Source: an uncultured bacterium (GTDB lineage: Bacteria; Patescibacteriota; Minisyncoccia; Phycocordibacterales; PALSA-1337). From it: 64,000 nt of DNA. This document shows, piece by piece, positions 37,523-47,199 of this stretch. The stretch covers positions 18,157 through 82,156 of the forward strand of contig CAIQIZ010000021.1 of the NCBI GenBank assembly GCA_903872035.1. The letters are read 5' to 3'. The position numbers and the translations under genes are program-made. Position 1 is the stretch's first letter, and each line of letters starts with the position of its first letter. The notes beneath the pieces are model-generated. The model was not told where the DNA came from. It saw only the letters and a list, made by a program, of their open reading frames with translations, and ran no database searches.

Positions 37523-37687
37523 ATGGCACTAGTAAAAGTTGAACAACACAGCTTCCTTGGAGGCATCTGGATGATCGGATGGCTCTTCACCATCGGCTTC
37601 CTGCAACTAGCTTTCTGGCAAGGAGTTCTGGCAATAGTGGTTTGGCCGTATTATCTCGGCGTGTTCGTGAATGGGTTGGTGAGATAA
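37523..37687 (+). CDS. Small hypothetical membrane protein (54 aa, 2 TM)
   Basis: MALVKVEQHSFLGGIWMIGWLFTIGFLQLAFWQGVLAIVVWPYYLGVFVNGLVR. Followed by a small hairpin and a CTTTTTC run. Confidence 0.35.
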   Translation: MALVKVEQHSFLGGIWMIGWLFTIGFLQLAFWQGVLAIVVWPYYLGVFVNGLVR

Positions 37688-37713
37688 ATCTGCAGAGGTG
37701 ACACCTCCGCAAA

Positions 37714-39618
37714 CTACATCTTTTTCGGAACTCTGATCCCCAACAGCCACAAACCTTCCGTCATAATGTTTTTGAAGCCTCTCGTCAACGCCAAGCGATA
37801 CGGCGACAGCGGATCTTTTTCGTCGATGATCGTCTGCGACGCATAGAAACTATTGAAGGCGCCGGCAAGGTTGATCAAGTAGTTAGCCACGACTTGCGGA
37901 GCATATTCGACTCGTGCACGCTCAACAACATCCGGGAAGCGGGCAAGAAGTTTTTCAAGAAGACCAACTTTATCAGGAAGAGCGGAATGATTTTCCAAGC
38001 CAGCTGAAATGCCTGCTTTCTCCAAAACTGCCGACGCTCTGACTACCGAGTATTGTAGATATGGTCCAGAATCACCTTCGAATGAGATAGACGCGGCTGA
38101 GTCGAATACGATATCACTTCCGATAGAAGAACGCAGGATGCTGTACTTTATAGCGCCGATGGCAATAATCGTCGCAACTTCTTCTGCTTCGACGGAATCA
38201 AATCCCCGAGTAGCGATCCTTTTCATCACCATTTCTTTGATATCTCCAATCAATGAATCCGCCGTAACCACATTCCCTGTTCGTGAAGACATCTTTCCCG
38301 CGGCGAAACGCATCATGCCGTGACCAATATGTTTTGTCTTGGCGCCATTCTTCTCGTCAATAAGCGACAAGACTTTCAACAAAACTTTGAAATATTCATT
38401 CTGTTCGCTGGCAGTGATGATGATCGACTGCACCGTATCGGGGTACTTCTCGAACTTGGTGACGTTTAGAGCGACATCTTTGGCTTCATATGTGGCAATG
38501 CCTTTTGAATTAACAAATACCCGTGTATGCAAACCAGCCTTTTCACCATTGAATACGATTGCTCCTTGGCTCTCCTCAAAAACACCCTTCTTCAAGAATT
38601 TTTGGACGATGGCCAGTCCGACCGGAGCCATGTCGCTCTCATATATGGTGTCATCAAAATCAGTTCCGAGTGTCACATACAATTCATTGAAATGATCCAG
38701 GCTCCATTTGCGACCCTTTTCATAGATCTTGTTGACCTCCGGATCAGACTTTTCGTACAAAACTTTATTGAGAGCGTCTATTTCCACCTGCGCCTTTGAT
38801 TGTTCAGTCTCAATGACTGGCTGATCCTTGCCAATTTCATTGGCATCCTTCTTACCATAGCTTCGCGTCCCTTCGACGTACATCTTCCCTAGAAATGCCG
38901 TTTTCTCTTGAATAGACGCTGAATCTTTTGGGAGTTCAGCCAAATGTTTCTGTATGGCCCAAATAGCCTTAGCGATATGCAATCCTTGATCCGATGGATA
39001 ACATATACGAATGACCTTGGCACCCGATGATTCGATAAGTCGCGAAAGAGATTCGCCGATAGAATTCGACATCAAATGCCCAATATGGAAAACCTTGAAA
39101 GCATTGGGGTCGGTGTATTCGACAAGGATCGGCCCGCTTTTTTCGTGCGACTTTAGTTGACTAAAGTGCTTCGCGGCGGAAGTTCTCCCACCTGCAACAG
39201 CCGAACCCATCACGGTCGAATCCGTCAAAGGTAAATCAGCCGCGACAAATTTCAATACCTCTTTGGCCATAACATCATCCTTAATTGTAAAGTTAATAAA
39301 TCCTGGACCGGCGATCGAGACATCTTTGATCGTGACCGGCATATTTTTCTTGAATCCTTCGACAACCGCATCCGCCAAGGCTTTTGGTGACTGGCCGAGT
39401 TTTTTTGCATAAACCAAAGCTGCATTTGTCGTAAAGTCGCCATGGTCCGGGTTTTCTGGGTAATCGATCTTTACCACTACCCCTCCACTAGCCAAATCAT
39501 CGGCCACTCCTAGGCAGTTCATTATGTCTTGCAGCCGCTTTACTATTTCGTTTTTCATCTCGATATTGTAGCAAAAATGTCGCCAATTTGCCTCTAAAGC
39601 TTTAGTTAGACTTGACAA
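37714..39618 (-). CDS. argS: Arginyl-tRNA synthetase
   Basis: N-terminal Arg_tRNA_synt_N-like domain, HIGH-like FHIGHLMS, class-I catalytic core, C-terminal DALR anticodon-binding domain. Confidence 0.85.
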   Translation of the reverse strand: MSSLTKALEANWRHFCYNIEMKNEIVKRLQDIMNCLGVADDLASGGVVVKIDYPENPDHGDFTTNAALVYAKKLGQSPKALADAVVEGFKKNMPVTIKDVSIAGPGFINFTIKDDVMAKEVLKFVAADLPLTDSTVMGSAVAGGRTSAAKHFSQLKSHEKSGPILVEYTDPNAFKVFHIGHLMSNSIGESLSRLIESSGAKVIRICYPSDQGLHIAKAIWAIQKHLAELPKDSASIQEKTAFLGKMYVEGTRSYGKKDANEIGKDQPVIETEQSKAQVEIDALNKVLYEKSDPEVNKIYEKGRKWSLDHFNELYVTLGTDFDDTIYESDMAPVGLAIVQKFLKKGVFEESQGAIVFNGEKAGLHTRVFVNSKGIATYEAKDVALNVTKFEKYPDTVQSIIITASEQNEYFKVLLKVLSLIDEKNGAKTKHIGHGMMRFAAGKMSSRTGNVVTADSLIGDIKEMVMKRIATRGFDSVEAEEVATIIAIGAIKYSILRSSIGSDIVFDSAASISFEGDSGPYLQYSVVRASAVLEKAGISAGLENHSALPDKVGLLEKLLARFPDVVERARVEYAPQVVANYLINLAGAFNSFYASQTIIDEKDPLSPYRLALTRGFKNIMTEGLWLLGIRVPKKM

Positions 39619-39979
39619 TTCCTAAATTAATCTTACAATACAACAAGAACGCACCTTCAACACGGGCTCAAGAAGACTTGCCCGGAAAACACCGTTCCCA
39701 TCGTACGGGAATGCTTGTAAATTGGGAAGGTTCCTTAAACGGCTTCGGTTCCTCATCTGATATCTTCGCGTTGCGCTGTGCACTCCAGCCACTTAGCCTG
39801 AAAGTCTTCCGAGCAGTAAAGCCCGTCAAAAAACCTAGGCGCGAGGTTTATCCGATCCCTCGCGCCTTCCCCTTTCGATTGCTAGACGTTTTCTTTCATT
39901 TTCGTCGGCAATCAGCGCAGGGTTCTCCTCCTCCGAGAGCCCTGCGCATTTTCGTATATGCATATCTGATACTTAGAAA

Positions 39980-41242
39980 CTATTTTCTCAAGATCTCGTC
40001 CATCTTCTTTGCGATAAGTTTGAAATCTTTTTCTTTGCGTCCACGAGTCGTTTCCGCAGCCGTGCCAAGCCGGATTCCTGAAGGATCAGCCGGGGGTCGC
40101 TTGTCGAATGGAATGGCATTCTTGTTGACGATGATCCCTTGTTTTTCCAAACGCTCGCTAGCCTCTTTACCAGTAATTGCACCGGCGCCCGCTTCAGCTT
40201 TACCGGCGGCATCCTTAACAAGAGGTTCCCTCTTTTTGCCGTCATTCCACGTGTCCACCAATATCAAATGCGAATCGGTTCCGCCGGAAATGAGACGCCA
40301 GCCGCGCTTCTCCAATTCTTCTGCCAAAACTTTGGCATTCTTCACAACTTGGTTGGCATATTTTCTAAAAGCTGGAGTAGATGCTTCTTTCAATGCCACA
40401 GCGACAGCGGCGATCTGATTGGCATGTGGGCCGCCCTGCAAGCCTGGAAATACTGCCTTGTCTATCTTTTTATATAATTCACGCGCATCCTTCTTTACGA
40501 ATATCAAAGCAGCTCGAGGGCCTCGCAAAGTCTTGTGCGTGGTAGTAGTGACAACATCAGCATAATCAAATGGCGAAGGATAGACGCCCCCAGCTACCAA
40601 TCCGGCGATGTGAGACATGTCCACCATCATTAAACCTTCGGAAGCATCAGACACTTCCCGCATCTTCTTCCAATCGATGATCCGTGGATACGCTGTATAA
40701 CCAGAAACGACAATAGTCGGCTTCTCCTTCATAGCTATCTCACGGAGTTGGTCGTAATTGATAGTCTCTGTAACCGGGTCAAGCCCATAAGGTATCTGCT
40801 GCCAAAATTTACCAGTAGCTGAAACTTTCTGACCGTGAGTGAGGTGACCTCCCTGGTCCAGAGACATACCCATGATCTTTCCAGCAACGCTCGTCGTCCC
40901 GTCTTCTTGTTTGACTCCGCCACGCGGAACCAGAGCAGTGAAAACAGCTAAGTTGGCTGGCGAACCGGAAAGCGGCTGGACGTTCACGTGCCATTCGTTT
41001 GGATCAAGTCTGAATAATTTCAAAGCACGGTCGATGCAAAGCTCCTCGATCTTGTCGATGATATCGTTGCCACCATAGTAACGCTTGCCGGCATAGCCTT
41101 CGGCGTATTTGTTGGTCAGTTCCGAACCGAGAGCCTCCAGTACGTCCCGAGAAACATAATTTTCCGAAGCGATGAGATTGATAGCTTTCTTCTGACGCTT
41201 CTTCTCAGCCTCTATGAGTTTTTTGATTTGTGTGTCTTTCAT
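39980..41242 (-). CDS. glyA: Serine hydroxymethyltransferase
   Basis: IASENYVSRDVLEALGSELTNKYAEGY...TTTTHKTLRGPR (PLP-Lys). Start taken at MKDTQIKKLIEAEKKRQ (41242); the track ORF extends to 41356. About 20-aa low-complexity insert AGKAEAGAGA near the C-terminus. Confidence 0.9.
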   Translation of the reverse strand: MKDTQIKKLIEAEKKRQKKAINLIASENYVSRDVLEALGSELTNKYAEGYAGKRYYGGNDIIDKIEELCIDRALKLFRLDPNEWHVNVQPLSGSPANLAVFTALVPRGGVKQEDGTTSVAGKIMGMSLDQGGHLTHGQKVSATGKFWQQIPYGLDPVTETINYDQLREIAMKEKPTIVVSGYTAYPRIIDWKKMREVSDASEGLMMVDMSHIAGLVAGGVYPSPFDYADVVTTTTHKTLRGPRAALIFVKKDARELYKKIDKAVFPGLQGGPHANQIAAVAVALKEASTPAFRKYANQVVKNAKVLAEELEKRGWRLISGGTDSHLILVDTWNDGKKREPLVKDAAGKAEAGAGAITGKEASERLEKQGIIVNKNAIPFDKRPPADPSGIRLGTAAETTRGRKEKDFKLIAKKMDEILRK

Positions 41243-41265
41243 ATAAACAATCGTATCATATCCAT

Positions 41266-41305
41266 AAGTAAATGTCGGCAGACAAAAAGGGGTCACGGAA
41301 ATGCA
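41266..41305 (-). terminator. Intrinsic terminator hairpin (GGGGTCACGG-loop-CCGTGACCCC + TTTTTG) located about 25 nt upstream of the glyA start codon, at the end of a roughly 345-nt leader
   Basis: Perfect 10-bp stem; on the minus strand it is followed by a T5 run. Positioned like a riboswitch/attenuator expression platform. Confidence 0.6.
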
Positions 41306-41651
41306 AACCGTGACCCCCCAACCGAGATACGGGGTGAAAAAACCCGACCTCAACATTTAGAAACAACAAACAACGAAAGAAATTGACCGGCGGCAACACA
41401 ATCAAACAATCTTCATTAAATCGATTATCCGAATGAATACCTATCAATCATGTTGCCAGCCGGAGTGGAGTTAGTTATCCACCATGAAGCCCGGTGAGGG
41501 CTTATTTCGTATTCCAGCCAACGCCAGAATCCGCTGATTGCAACAATACTCCTGTGGTCAAAAAAAGCAATCCCCAGGTTGTCCACAGGATGTTATACGA
41601 GATGAAGCTAGGCGGCGAGCCTCGCAGGATCTCGCGAAGTGAGACCTCGTA

Positions 41652-42074
41652 TCACTTACCAGTGCTTCCAAACCTCCCTTCTCCACGACTGGTCGTTCCG
41701 AGCCCATCGGCTTCTTCCAATTCAGCGATAGCTACCGGAAATATCACAAGCTGAGCGATCTTATCTCCTTTATGGATTTGATAAGGCTCGCTGCCGAGAT
41801 TGATCAGGTTCACATTGTACTCTCCTCTATACCCCGCATCATAGACGCCTCCCATAGTGTGGATGCCGGCATTCTTCGGTAAGCTGCCTTTATCCTTAAC
41901 GATAGCCGCATATCCTTCATGAAATTCCAGAGCAAATCCAAGAAAAAATATCCTTCTTTCGCTAGGCTTCAATAAATAGTCTTCCAGTGAATAGAGGTCA
42001 AGTCCGACGTCGCCAGGATGGGCGTATGAGGGTGTAGTCGCTGCTTGATTTAGTTTCTTTATTTTTATCCGCAT
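41652..42074 (-). CDS. dut: dUTP diphosphatase
   Basis: AGIDLYS-like GDVGLDLYS, GGVYDAGYRGE, RGEGGFGSTG-like C-terminal motif V (SRGEGRFGSTGK). Confidence 0.9.
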   Translation of the reverse strand: MRIKIKKLNQAATTPSYAHPGDVGLDLYSLEDYLLKPSERRIFFLGFALEFHEGYAAIVKDKGSLPKNAGIHTMGGVYDAGYRGEYNVNLINLGSEPYQIHKGDKIAQLVIFPVAIAELEEADGLGTTSRGEGRFGSTGK

Positions 42075-42122
42075 CGTGGTAATATTGCTTATACTAACAT
42101 CTAAGCATTACAAAATACCACT

Positions 42123-43034
42123 ATGAAAACATACGCCGAACGAACGCCCGACTCGCAATACCAGGGCTTGCTCCGAGAGATTTTGGAAACGGGTGTACGT
42201 ACTCCTAGCCAACAGGGCGTGGATGCGCTGACAGTCATCGGCCCGCGTTCCCTCCATTTCAAACTTGATAATGGTTTTCCCTTGATCACTGAACGAAATC
42301 TCAATCCGAAGACTTCAGATACGCTTCCGGTCACGATCTGGCAACAAGCCATCGGAGAAATACTCGGCTTTATGAATGGCGCACGGACACAGAAAGAGCT
42401 GGAGAAATTCGGTTGCTACTGGTGGCGCTGGTGGGTCACCAAGGAAAAATGCGAGAAACGCGGATTGGAAGAAGGCGATCTCGGACCCGGTTCATACGGC
42501 GCGGCTTTCCATGACTTCCCTACAAACGAAGGTGCACCTTACAATCAATTCAAGAACGTCATCGAGCAGATCAAAGAATTTCCGCATCTACGCACGCATT
42601 TCGTCACACCTTGGATACCGCAGTACATGATGCGAGGAAAAGGCAAGCAACAGAAGGTCGTAGTTTGTCCGTGCCACGGTTGGATCCATATCAGGATAAT
42701 CGATAACAAGCTGACTCTCCATATGATCCAGCGCTCCTGCGACGTTCCAGTCGGATTGCCACAAAATCTGATCCAGTACGCCGCTTTGGCCTTGGCGATC
42801 GCACACGTCACAGGAACGGAGGCTTATGAATATGTGCACAGCTTTTCCGATGCGCATATATATGTCGATCAAGTAGACTCAGTCAATACCATGCTTGCCC
42901 GCGAACCGCGACGCTTGCCGACACTGACATTGAATACATCCAAGAAAGATCTGTTCGATTTCCGACGCGAAGATTTCACCCTGACAGATTACGACCCGCA
43001 TCCAGGTATCAAAAAAATCCCAGTCGCCATATAA
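42123..43034 (+). CDS. thyA: Thymidylate synthase (ThyA family)
   Basis: N-terminal ThyA fold; catalytic CPCHG (Pro-Cys-His); QRSCDVPVGLPQNLIQYAAL matches QRS.D..LG.PFNIASY. Confidence 0.8.
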   Translation: MKTYAERTPDSQYQGLLREILETGVRTPSQQGVDALTVIGPRSLHFKLDNGFPLITERNLNPKTSDTLPVTIWQQAIGEILGFMNGARTQKELEKFGCYWWRWWVTKEKCEKRGLEEGDLGPGSYGAAFHDFPTNEGAPYNQFKNVIEQIKEFPHLRTHFVTPWIPQYMMRGKGKQQKVVVCPCHGWIHIRIIDNKLTLHMIQRSCDVPVGLPQNLIQYAALALAIAHVTGTEAYEYVHSFSDAHIYVDQVDSVNTMLAREPRRLPTLTLNTSKKDLFDFRREDFTLTDYDPHPGIKKIPVAI

Positions 43035-43043
43035 GCCAAGGAA

Positions 43044-43520
43044 ATGACCAGATTCATCAACACTGCGACTATTCGCCGAGAAGACCAGAGAAAAGTAATG
43101 GAGGAGATCGAGAAGAACGACCATTGCCCTTTTTGTCCAGAGAATCTTTCTAAATATCACAAGAAGCCGATATTGAAAGAAGGAAAATTCTGGCTGCTCA
43201 CAGAAAATCAGTGGCCCTACGAGAACACCAAGCATCAGCTACTGGCTATCTACAAGACTCATATCGAGCACATCAAAGATATCGACCCCCAAGCAGCGGC
43301 GGAACTCTTTCAAATGTTCAAGGATGAATCTATCAAGAGAGGTGTCGTTGGTGGTGGGATCGCAATGCGTTTCGGCAGCAGCCCTGATGGCAATTATGGT
43401 AGCTCTGTCCTACACCTTCACGCTCACCTGTTCGAGCCTGATCTTAAAGCCTTGAAATCGGACGAGGCTTGGCGCTTCAAATTCGGCCAACCGAAGGACT
43501 ATAAGAAAAAGAATGTGTAG
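43044..43520 (+). CDS. HIT-family nucleotide hydrolase/transferase-like protein (with CxxC)
   Basis: Histidine triad HLHAHL; N-terminal HCPFCPE. Confidence 0.6.
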   Translation: MTRFINTATIRREDQRKVMEEIEKNDHCPFCPENLSKYHKKPILKEGKFWLLTENQWPYENTKHQLLAIYKTHIEHIKDIDPQAAAELFQMFKDESIKRGVVGGGIAMRFGSSPDGNYGSSVLHLHAHLFEPDLKALKSDEAWRFKFGQPKDYKKKNV

Positions 43521-43592
43521 GTTTGACAATGCCTGCATAATGGCTAGTATGGCCTTAGACAGTCAACCTTCAACAAAGAAAGATAATAGCTT

Positions 43593-44180
43593 GTGAATGA
43601 AAAACCTTCCTTAGTGATCCCGGGTATTTCCGACCCGGCAAAATTGGCCTGCATCGCCAGAGCCCGCAAATTCAAACAGTACAGAAAATATGTCGAGGAC
43701 GCGTTGGCGGGCAGATGCACAATTTGCAGCCTCGACCAGAGCAATACCAGATTCGTCGAAGTTCCACGTGTCAACGCGATGAGAGTCTGGTACTGCAATC
43801 CGCCAGAGAAATTCACTAGGCTCCACTTCCTAATGAGCCCAGTGCGGCATATCACCGACACTCGTCAACTCTCTGTCGAGGAACGACGCGCGTTCTGGGA
43901 GGTAATGGAGTACTTGCCGAATAAGTTCAGCTTCAACTTTCGCGGCATCCTGATCCGCGATGGTGACGCGACCCAATCAGCCGGGACCATCGAACACCTC
44001 CACATCCACATCATGGTGCCAGACGGGACTGGTCGTGTTGAATCACCATTCTGTAAGACTCCAGAAGAGGAAGCCGCCGGCGTCGCTCGGGCAATAATTT
44101 TCGAGAAGCTCCGAACCGGGACAATGGTCGCGGAGCTTCCTGGCAACGAGTACGAGCTCGTCAAAGATCGTTTGGAGTAA
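43593..44180 (+). CDS. HIT-family protein (second paralog)
   Basis: Histidine triad HLHIHIM; CTIC motif. Confidence 0.55.
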   Translation: MNEKPSLVIPGISDPAKLACIARARKFKQYRKYVEDALAGRCTICSLDQSNTRFVEVPRVNAMRVWYCNPPEKFTRLHFLMSPVRHITDTRQLSVEERRAFWEVMEYLPNKFSFNFRGILIRDGDATQSAGTIEHLHIHIMVPDGTGRVESPFCKTPEEEAAGVARAIIFEKLRTGTMVAELPGNEYELVKDRLE

Positions 44181-44216
44181 TTCTGGAACGTCGATTTCGA
44201 AGAATAAATCGGGCGG

Positions 44217-45089
44217 CTACGATGTAGCCGCCTTTTTCATTCTCACATGAACGATCTTGACTCCCCTATTTTTCAATATCCTCTCGCCATCTAAGACACC
44301 ATAGCCATCCGAGTAATATACTTTCTTGATACCTGAATAAGCAACAAGCTTGGCACAAGCCGGACAAGGGAAAGTAGTGACATATAGCGATGTGCCTTCG
44401 AGGGATGTTCCCTTTTGAGCAGCTTCAGCGATTAGCCTGGCCTCGCAGTGAAACGAAGTGGAAAGCTCAATATTCACGCCTTTTGAGAAGTCCGAGCGAG
44501 GATCACCCTCTTCATACGGCAAATGTTCGGACGGAACTGCGTGGTTGTGAAGCATACTTAGAATTTTTCCATCTTTGACTATGGCCGCCCCAATTTGGCG
44601 CCAGATATCAGAGCTTTTCTCTGCCTCTTTTTTTAATGATGAGATCATCTCCCGATCCGTTCCGGACGTAGAGATAGTTTGATCGGCTTCAATAGGCCGA
44701 TTCTCAAACGACTTGTGTTTGTCCCAACGAAGAAAGATCGTGTCGAATATGACCTTGGTATCCTTGAAATATCTCTCCTTGATATCGCGCATGACTTCCT
44801 CGTCAGGCATGACAATCGTTGTTTTTGCAGCAGCCAATGACCGAAAATCTTTCTGACCGATGATACGTATAGATCTGAATCGTTTCCAAGACTTCAGAGC
44901 CAATAGCATAAGCTTCAAATCCAAAGCCCGGATATCCTTAGTAAGGGCCTTGTAATCTTTTATGATTTCCGGACCGATAAGAAAAAGCTCCTTGGCTTCT
45001 CTATGCTTATCGAAAAATCGCGCATACCCTTCATGCAACACCGGCACGTATGCGACGATGACCTGTCTTTTGTCGCCGTTTTTTTTCAT
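44217..45089 (-). CDS. dCMP (deoxycytidylate) deaminase fused to an uncharacterised N-terminal domain of about 150 aa
   Basis: C-terminal zinc-binding motifs HCEARLIAEAA and PCPACAKLV of the cytidine/dCMP deaminase family. The N-terminal half has no recognised family. Confidence 0.7.
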   Translation of the reverse strand: MKKNGDKRQVIVAYVPVLHEGYARFFDKHREAKELFLIGPEIIKDYKALTKDIRALDLKLMLLALKSWKRFRSIRIIGQKDFRSLAAAKTTIVMPDEEVMRDIKERYFKDTKVIFDTIFLRWDKHKSFENRPIEADQTISTSGTDREMISSLKKEAEKSSDIWRQIGAAIVKDGKILSMLHNHAVPSEHLPYEEGDPRSDFSKGVNIELSTSFHCEARLIAEAAQKGTSLEGTSLYVTTFPCPACAKLVAYSGIKKVYYSDGYGVLDGERILKNRGVKIVHVRMKKAATS

Positions 45090-45091
45090 AA

Positions 45092-45721
45092 TCAGTTCTT
45101 TTGCCTGAGATCGGGGCGACCAAGTAGAGTGTTGCTTATCATATCCGCCATTTTGGGGATGATGGCCTTTTCGAAGCGTTTGGCCAGCTTGAGCTGGAGA
45201 CGGCGGATCTTGGCACTGGTCGAAGTGGTCGCCATCGGCGCCAATACTCTGATCTCGCCGCAGAATTTCTTCATTTCTTTCATTTTATCTTTGCCGTATT
45301 TTTTGACCGTCTCATCAGTAACAATAAGAACGTCGGGTTGAACGGTCTTGATCAGATGCCATTTGGGCATCTTCTGCTCTTTGAGCGTCACAACATCTAC
45401 CGGACGCAAGTGGGTCACCATTTCCAACCGTTCGGCTTGCGGGACAAGCGGCCTATCCGGACCTTTTCTGGCTCGGACCTTTTTGTCGCTATCGACTCCG
45501 ACTACCAACAGATCCCCGTGCTTCTTGGCCTCCTCAAAGTAGCGGGCGTGGCCGATGTGAACCATATCGTACGTTCCTTGGGTCAAAACGATCTTCAAGC
45601 CTATGCCCTTGCAATGCTCGACGAGCTGTTTTAGACGTCCATAATCCGGAACAAATCTGTCTTTGAAATTGGAGTTGACCCCGAATATTCCTCCGTTGGT
45701 GCTGTATCGTTTTATGGACAT
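45092..45721 (-). CDS. Cytidylyltransferase-like nucleotidyltransferase (RfaE domain II / TagD family)
   Basis: GTYDMVHIGHARYFEEAKKHGDLLVVGVDSD...RKGPDRPLVPQAERLEMV matches the HxGH nucleotidyltransferase family. Confidence 0.6.
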   Translation of the reverse strand: MSIKRYSTNGGIFGVNSNFKDRFVPDYGRLKQLVEHCKGIGLKIVLTQGTYDMVHIGHARYFEEAKKHGDLLVVGVDSDKKVRARKGPDRPLVPQAERLEMVTHLRPVDVVTLKEQKMPKWHLIKTVQPDVLIVTDETVKKYGKDKMKEMKKFCGEIRVLAPMATTSTSAKIRRLQLKLAKRFEKAIIPKMADMISNTLLGRPDLRQKN

Positions 45722-45783
45722 AGAAGTTAGTGTGCCATTAAGTTAACATATCGCCTCTCATGCTACAATATGGACACACCCAC

Positions 45784-46305
45784 ATGAACTGTTTCATCAT
45801 CGCCGCCCTATCTGCCGACGGATATATCGCCAAGAATCCAACGGCACCATCGACCGTCTGGACGAGCAAAGAAGACAAAAAGCGCTTTGTTGAGCTGACC
45901 AAAAAGGCTGGCGTAGTCGTCATGGGTCAAAATACTTGGAACACACTTGGCGGCAAGGCTTTGAAAGATCGCTTGAATATCGTCTATTCCCCCACCCCAT
46001 TGCCAGCGACCGAGCGCTTGGAAGTCACCGAAAAAAGCCCAGCAGACCTATTGAAAGACCTAGAGTCGCGCGGTCACAAAGAAGTTGCCATATGTGGCGG
46101 CTCGCAAATATACACAATGTTCATGAAGTCAGGGCTTGTGACCAAGCTATTTCTGACCATCGAACCGGTCATTTTCGGCAGCGGCATCAGGCTATTCAAA
46201 GAAGATATGGACTTCAAATTGAAGCTCGTGGAATCTATCAAGACTGAGAATGGGACGCTTCTACAAGAGTATGATGTCCTTGCGACAATCTCAGACAACC
46301 AATAA
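45784..46305 (+). CDS. Dihydrofolate reductase-like protein (RibD C-terminal/DHFR family)
   Basis: IIAALSADGYIA...W.SKEDKKRF.ELTKKAGVVVMGQNTW..LGGKAL.DRLNIVYS pattern. Start taken at MNCFII (45784); the track ORF starts at 45760. Confidence 0.6.
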   Translation: MNCFIIAALSADGYIAKNPTAPSTVWTSKEDKKRFVELTKKAGVVVMGQNTWNTLGGKALKDRLNIVYSPTPLPATERLEVTEKSPADLLKDLESRGHKEVAICGGSQIYTMFMKSGLVTKLFLTIEPVIFGSGIRLFKEDMDFKLKLVESIKTENGTLLQEYDVLATISDNQ

Positions 46306-46407
46306 CCTTTAACCTAAAGGGTTTTGGCTATATTCTTGAATGTGCGATGAATTGACATCGTGCTTATTCGAGTTAGACTTGGCACAGAACAGGTAGCTTC
46401 ATAATCT

Positions 46408-47142
46408 ATGAAAGAACATTGCAATAATCACGCTTTGAGGCGCACCCTCCCAGGAAGCGTTCTTGGAACGTCCTTGCCGATCTGGCTAAAAGTACAATCC
46501 GGTCAGAGCTCAATCATTCGCTTCAGCCGCTATACCAACAAATACGACAAGCGCTTGCGTTGGCAGAATGGCTTTCAACACCAAGCCTCGGTATGTTTTC
46601 TCTGCATGCAGATACTCATCGAGTTACGTCCGTACGTGTCGCTGGACGAGCTATTGGTGAGCTGGTGCTTCCACCTACACGACGTTCCAGAAGGACTACT
46701 AGGAAGAGATGTCCTCGCGCCCAACAAAACCGAAAAGGACGACCTCGACGAGTACAGCGCCTTTCGCGAGCATTTCAGTACTTTAGACAAAACTGTCTGG
46801 GTCGCGATGCATCGAGCATATTTGCTTCAGACCGCTCTCAAAGTCCCGAGGATCTTCCCCAAAGACGCGAGAAAGATCGCTAACGATTTGCGACGGCATA
46901 AATATTTCGAGGCATTGGCCTTCCAAGGAATCCAGGTGATGGACTATCTCTATTATGCCGAGGAATGTGCCACACGAAATGTGGTTGAAGTCCTCGAAGA
47001 TGTTGCCTCGAGCGCCTTACCACAGCTCGATCAGATTGCAAAGAAGCTTCCCGGCTTCACCAAAACCGTCTGGACGCCAGAACGTCGCGCGTACTTTGAG
47101 AGGTATATCCAAAGGGTCCCCACCTCCAGAAGGAGACTTTAA
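46408..47142 (+). CDS. Hypothetical protein (possible HD-domain-like)
   Basis: FHLHDVPE and downstream D residues are weakly reminiscent of HD phosphohydrolases. Low confidence. Confidence 0.35.
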   Translation: MKEHCNNHALRRTLPGSVLGTSLPIWLKVQSGQSSIIRFSRYTNKYDKRLRWQNGFQHQASVCFLCMQILIELRPYVSLDELLVSWCFHLHDVPEGLLGRDVLAPNKTEKDDLDEYSAFREHFSTLDKTVWVAMHRAYLLQTALKVPRIFPKDARKIANDLRRHKYFEALAFQGIQVMDYLYYAEECATRNVVEVLEDVASSALPQLDQIAKKLPGFTKTVWTPERRAYFERYIQRVPTSRRRL

Positions 47143-47170
47143 CCTGAGTTAGAATTTCGTCAGCATTCAG

Positions 47171-47199
47171 AGAGCGCGGCAAGGATCGCGCTTTTTTTA
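47171..47199 (+). terminator. Rho-independent terminator of gene 46408..47142
   Basis: AGCGCG-GCAAGGAT-CGCGCT followed by TTTTTTTAT. Confidence 0.7.

Noticed and set aside
39619-39979. T-box leader upstream of argS
   Set aside because: No AGGGTGGNACCGCG T-box consensus was found on the minus strand. The region contains two GC hairpins (GGCGCGAGG...CCTCGCGCC; GCGCAGGG...CCCTGCGC) but no antiterminator/terminator pairing that could be recognised by eye.
39612-40418. 268-aa plus-strand ORF
   Set aside because: It is antisense to the strongly supported glyA gene and the argS-glyA intergenic region. Its composition is Arg/Ser/Pro-rich and typical of a spurious antisense frame.
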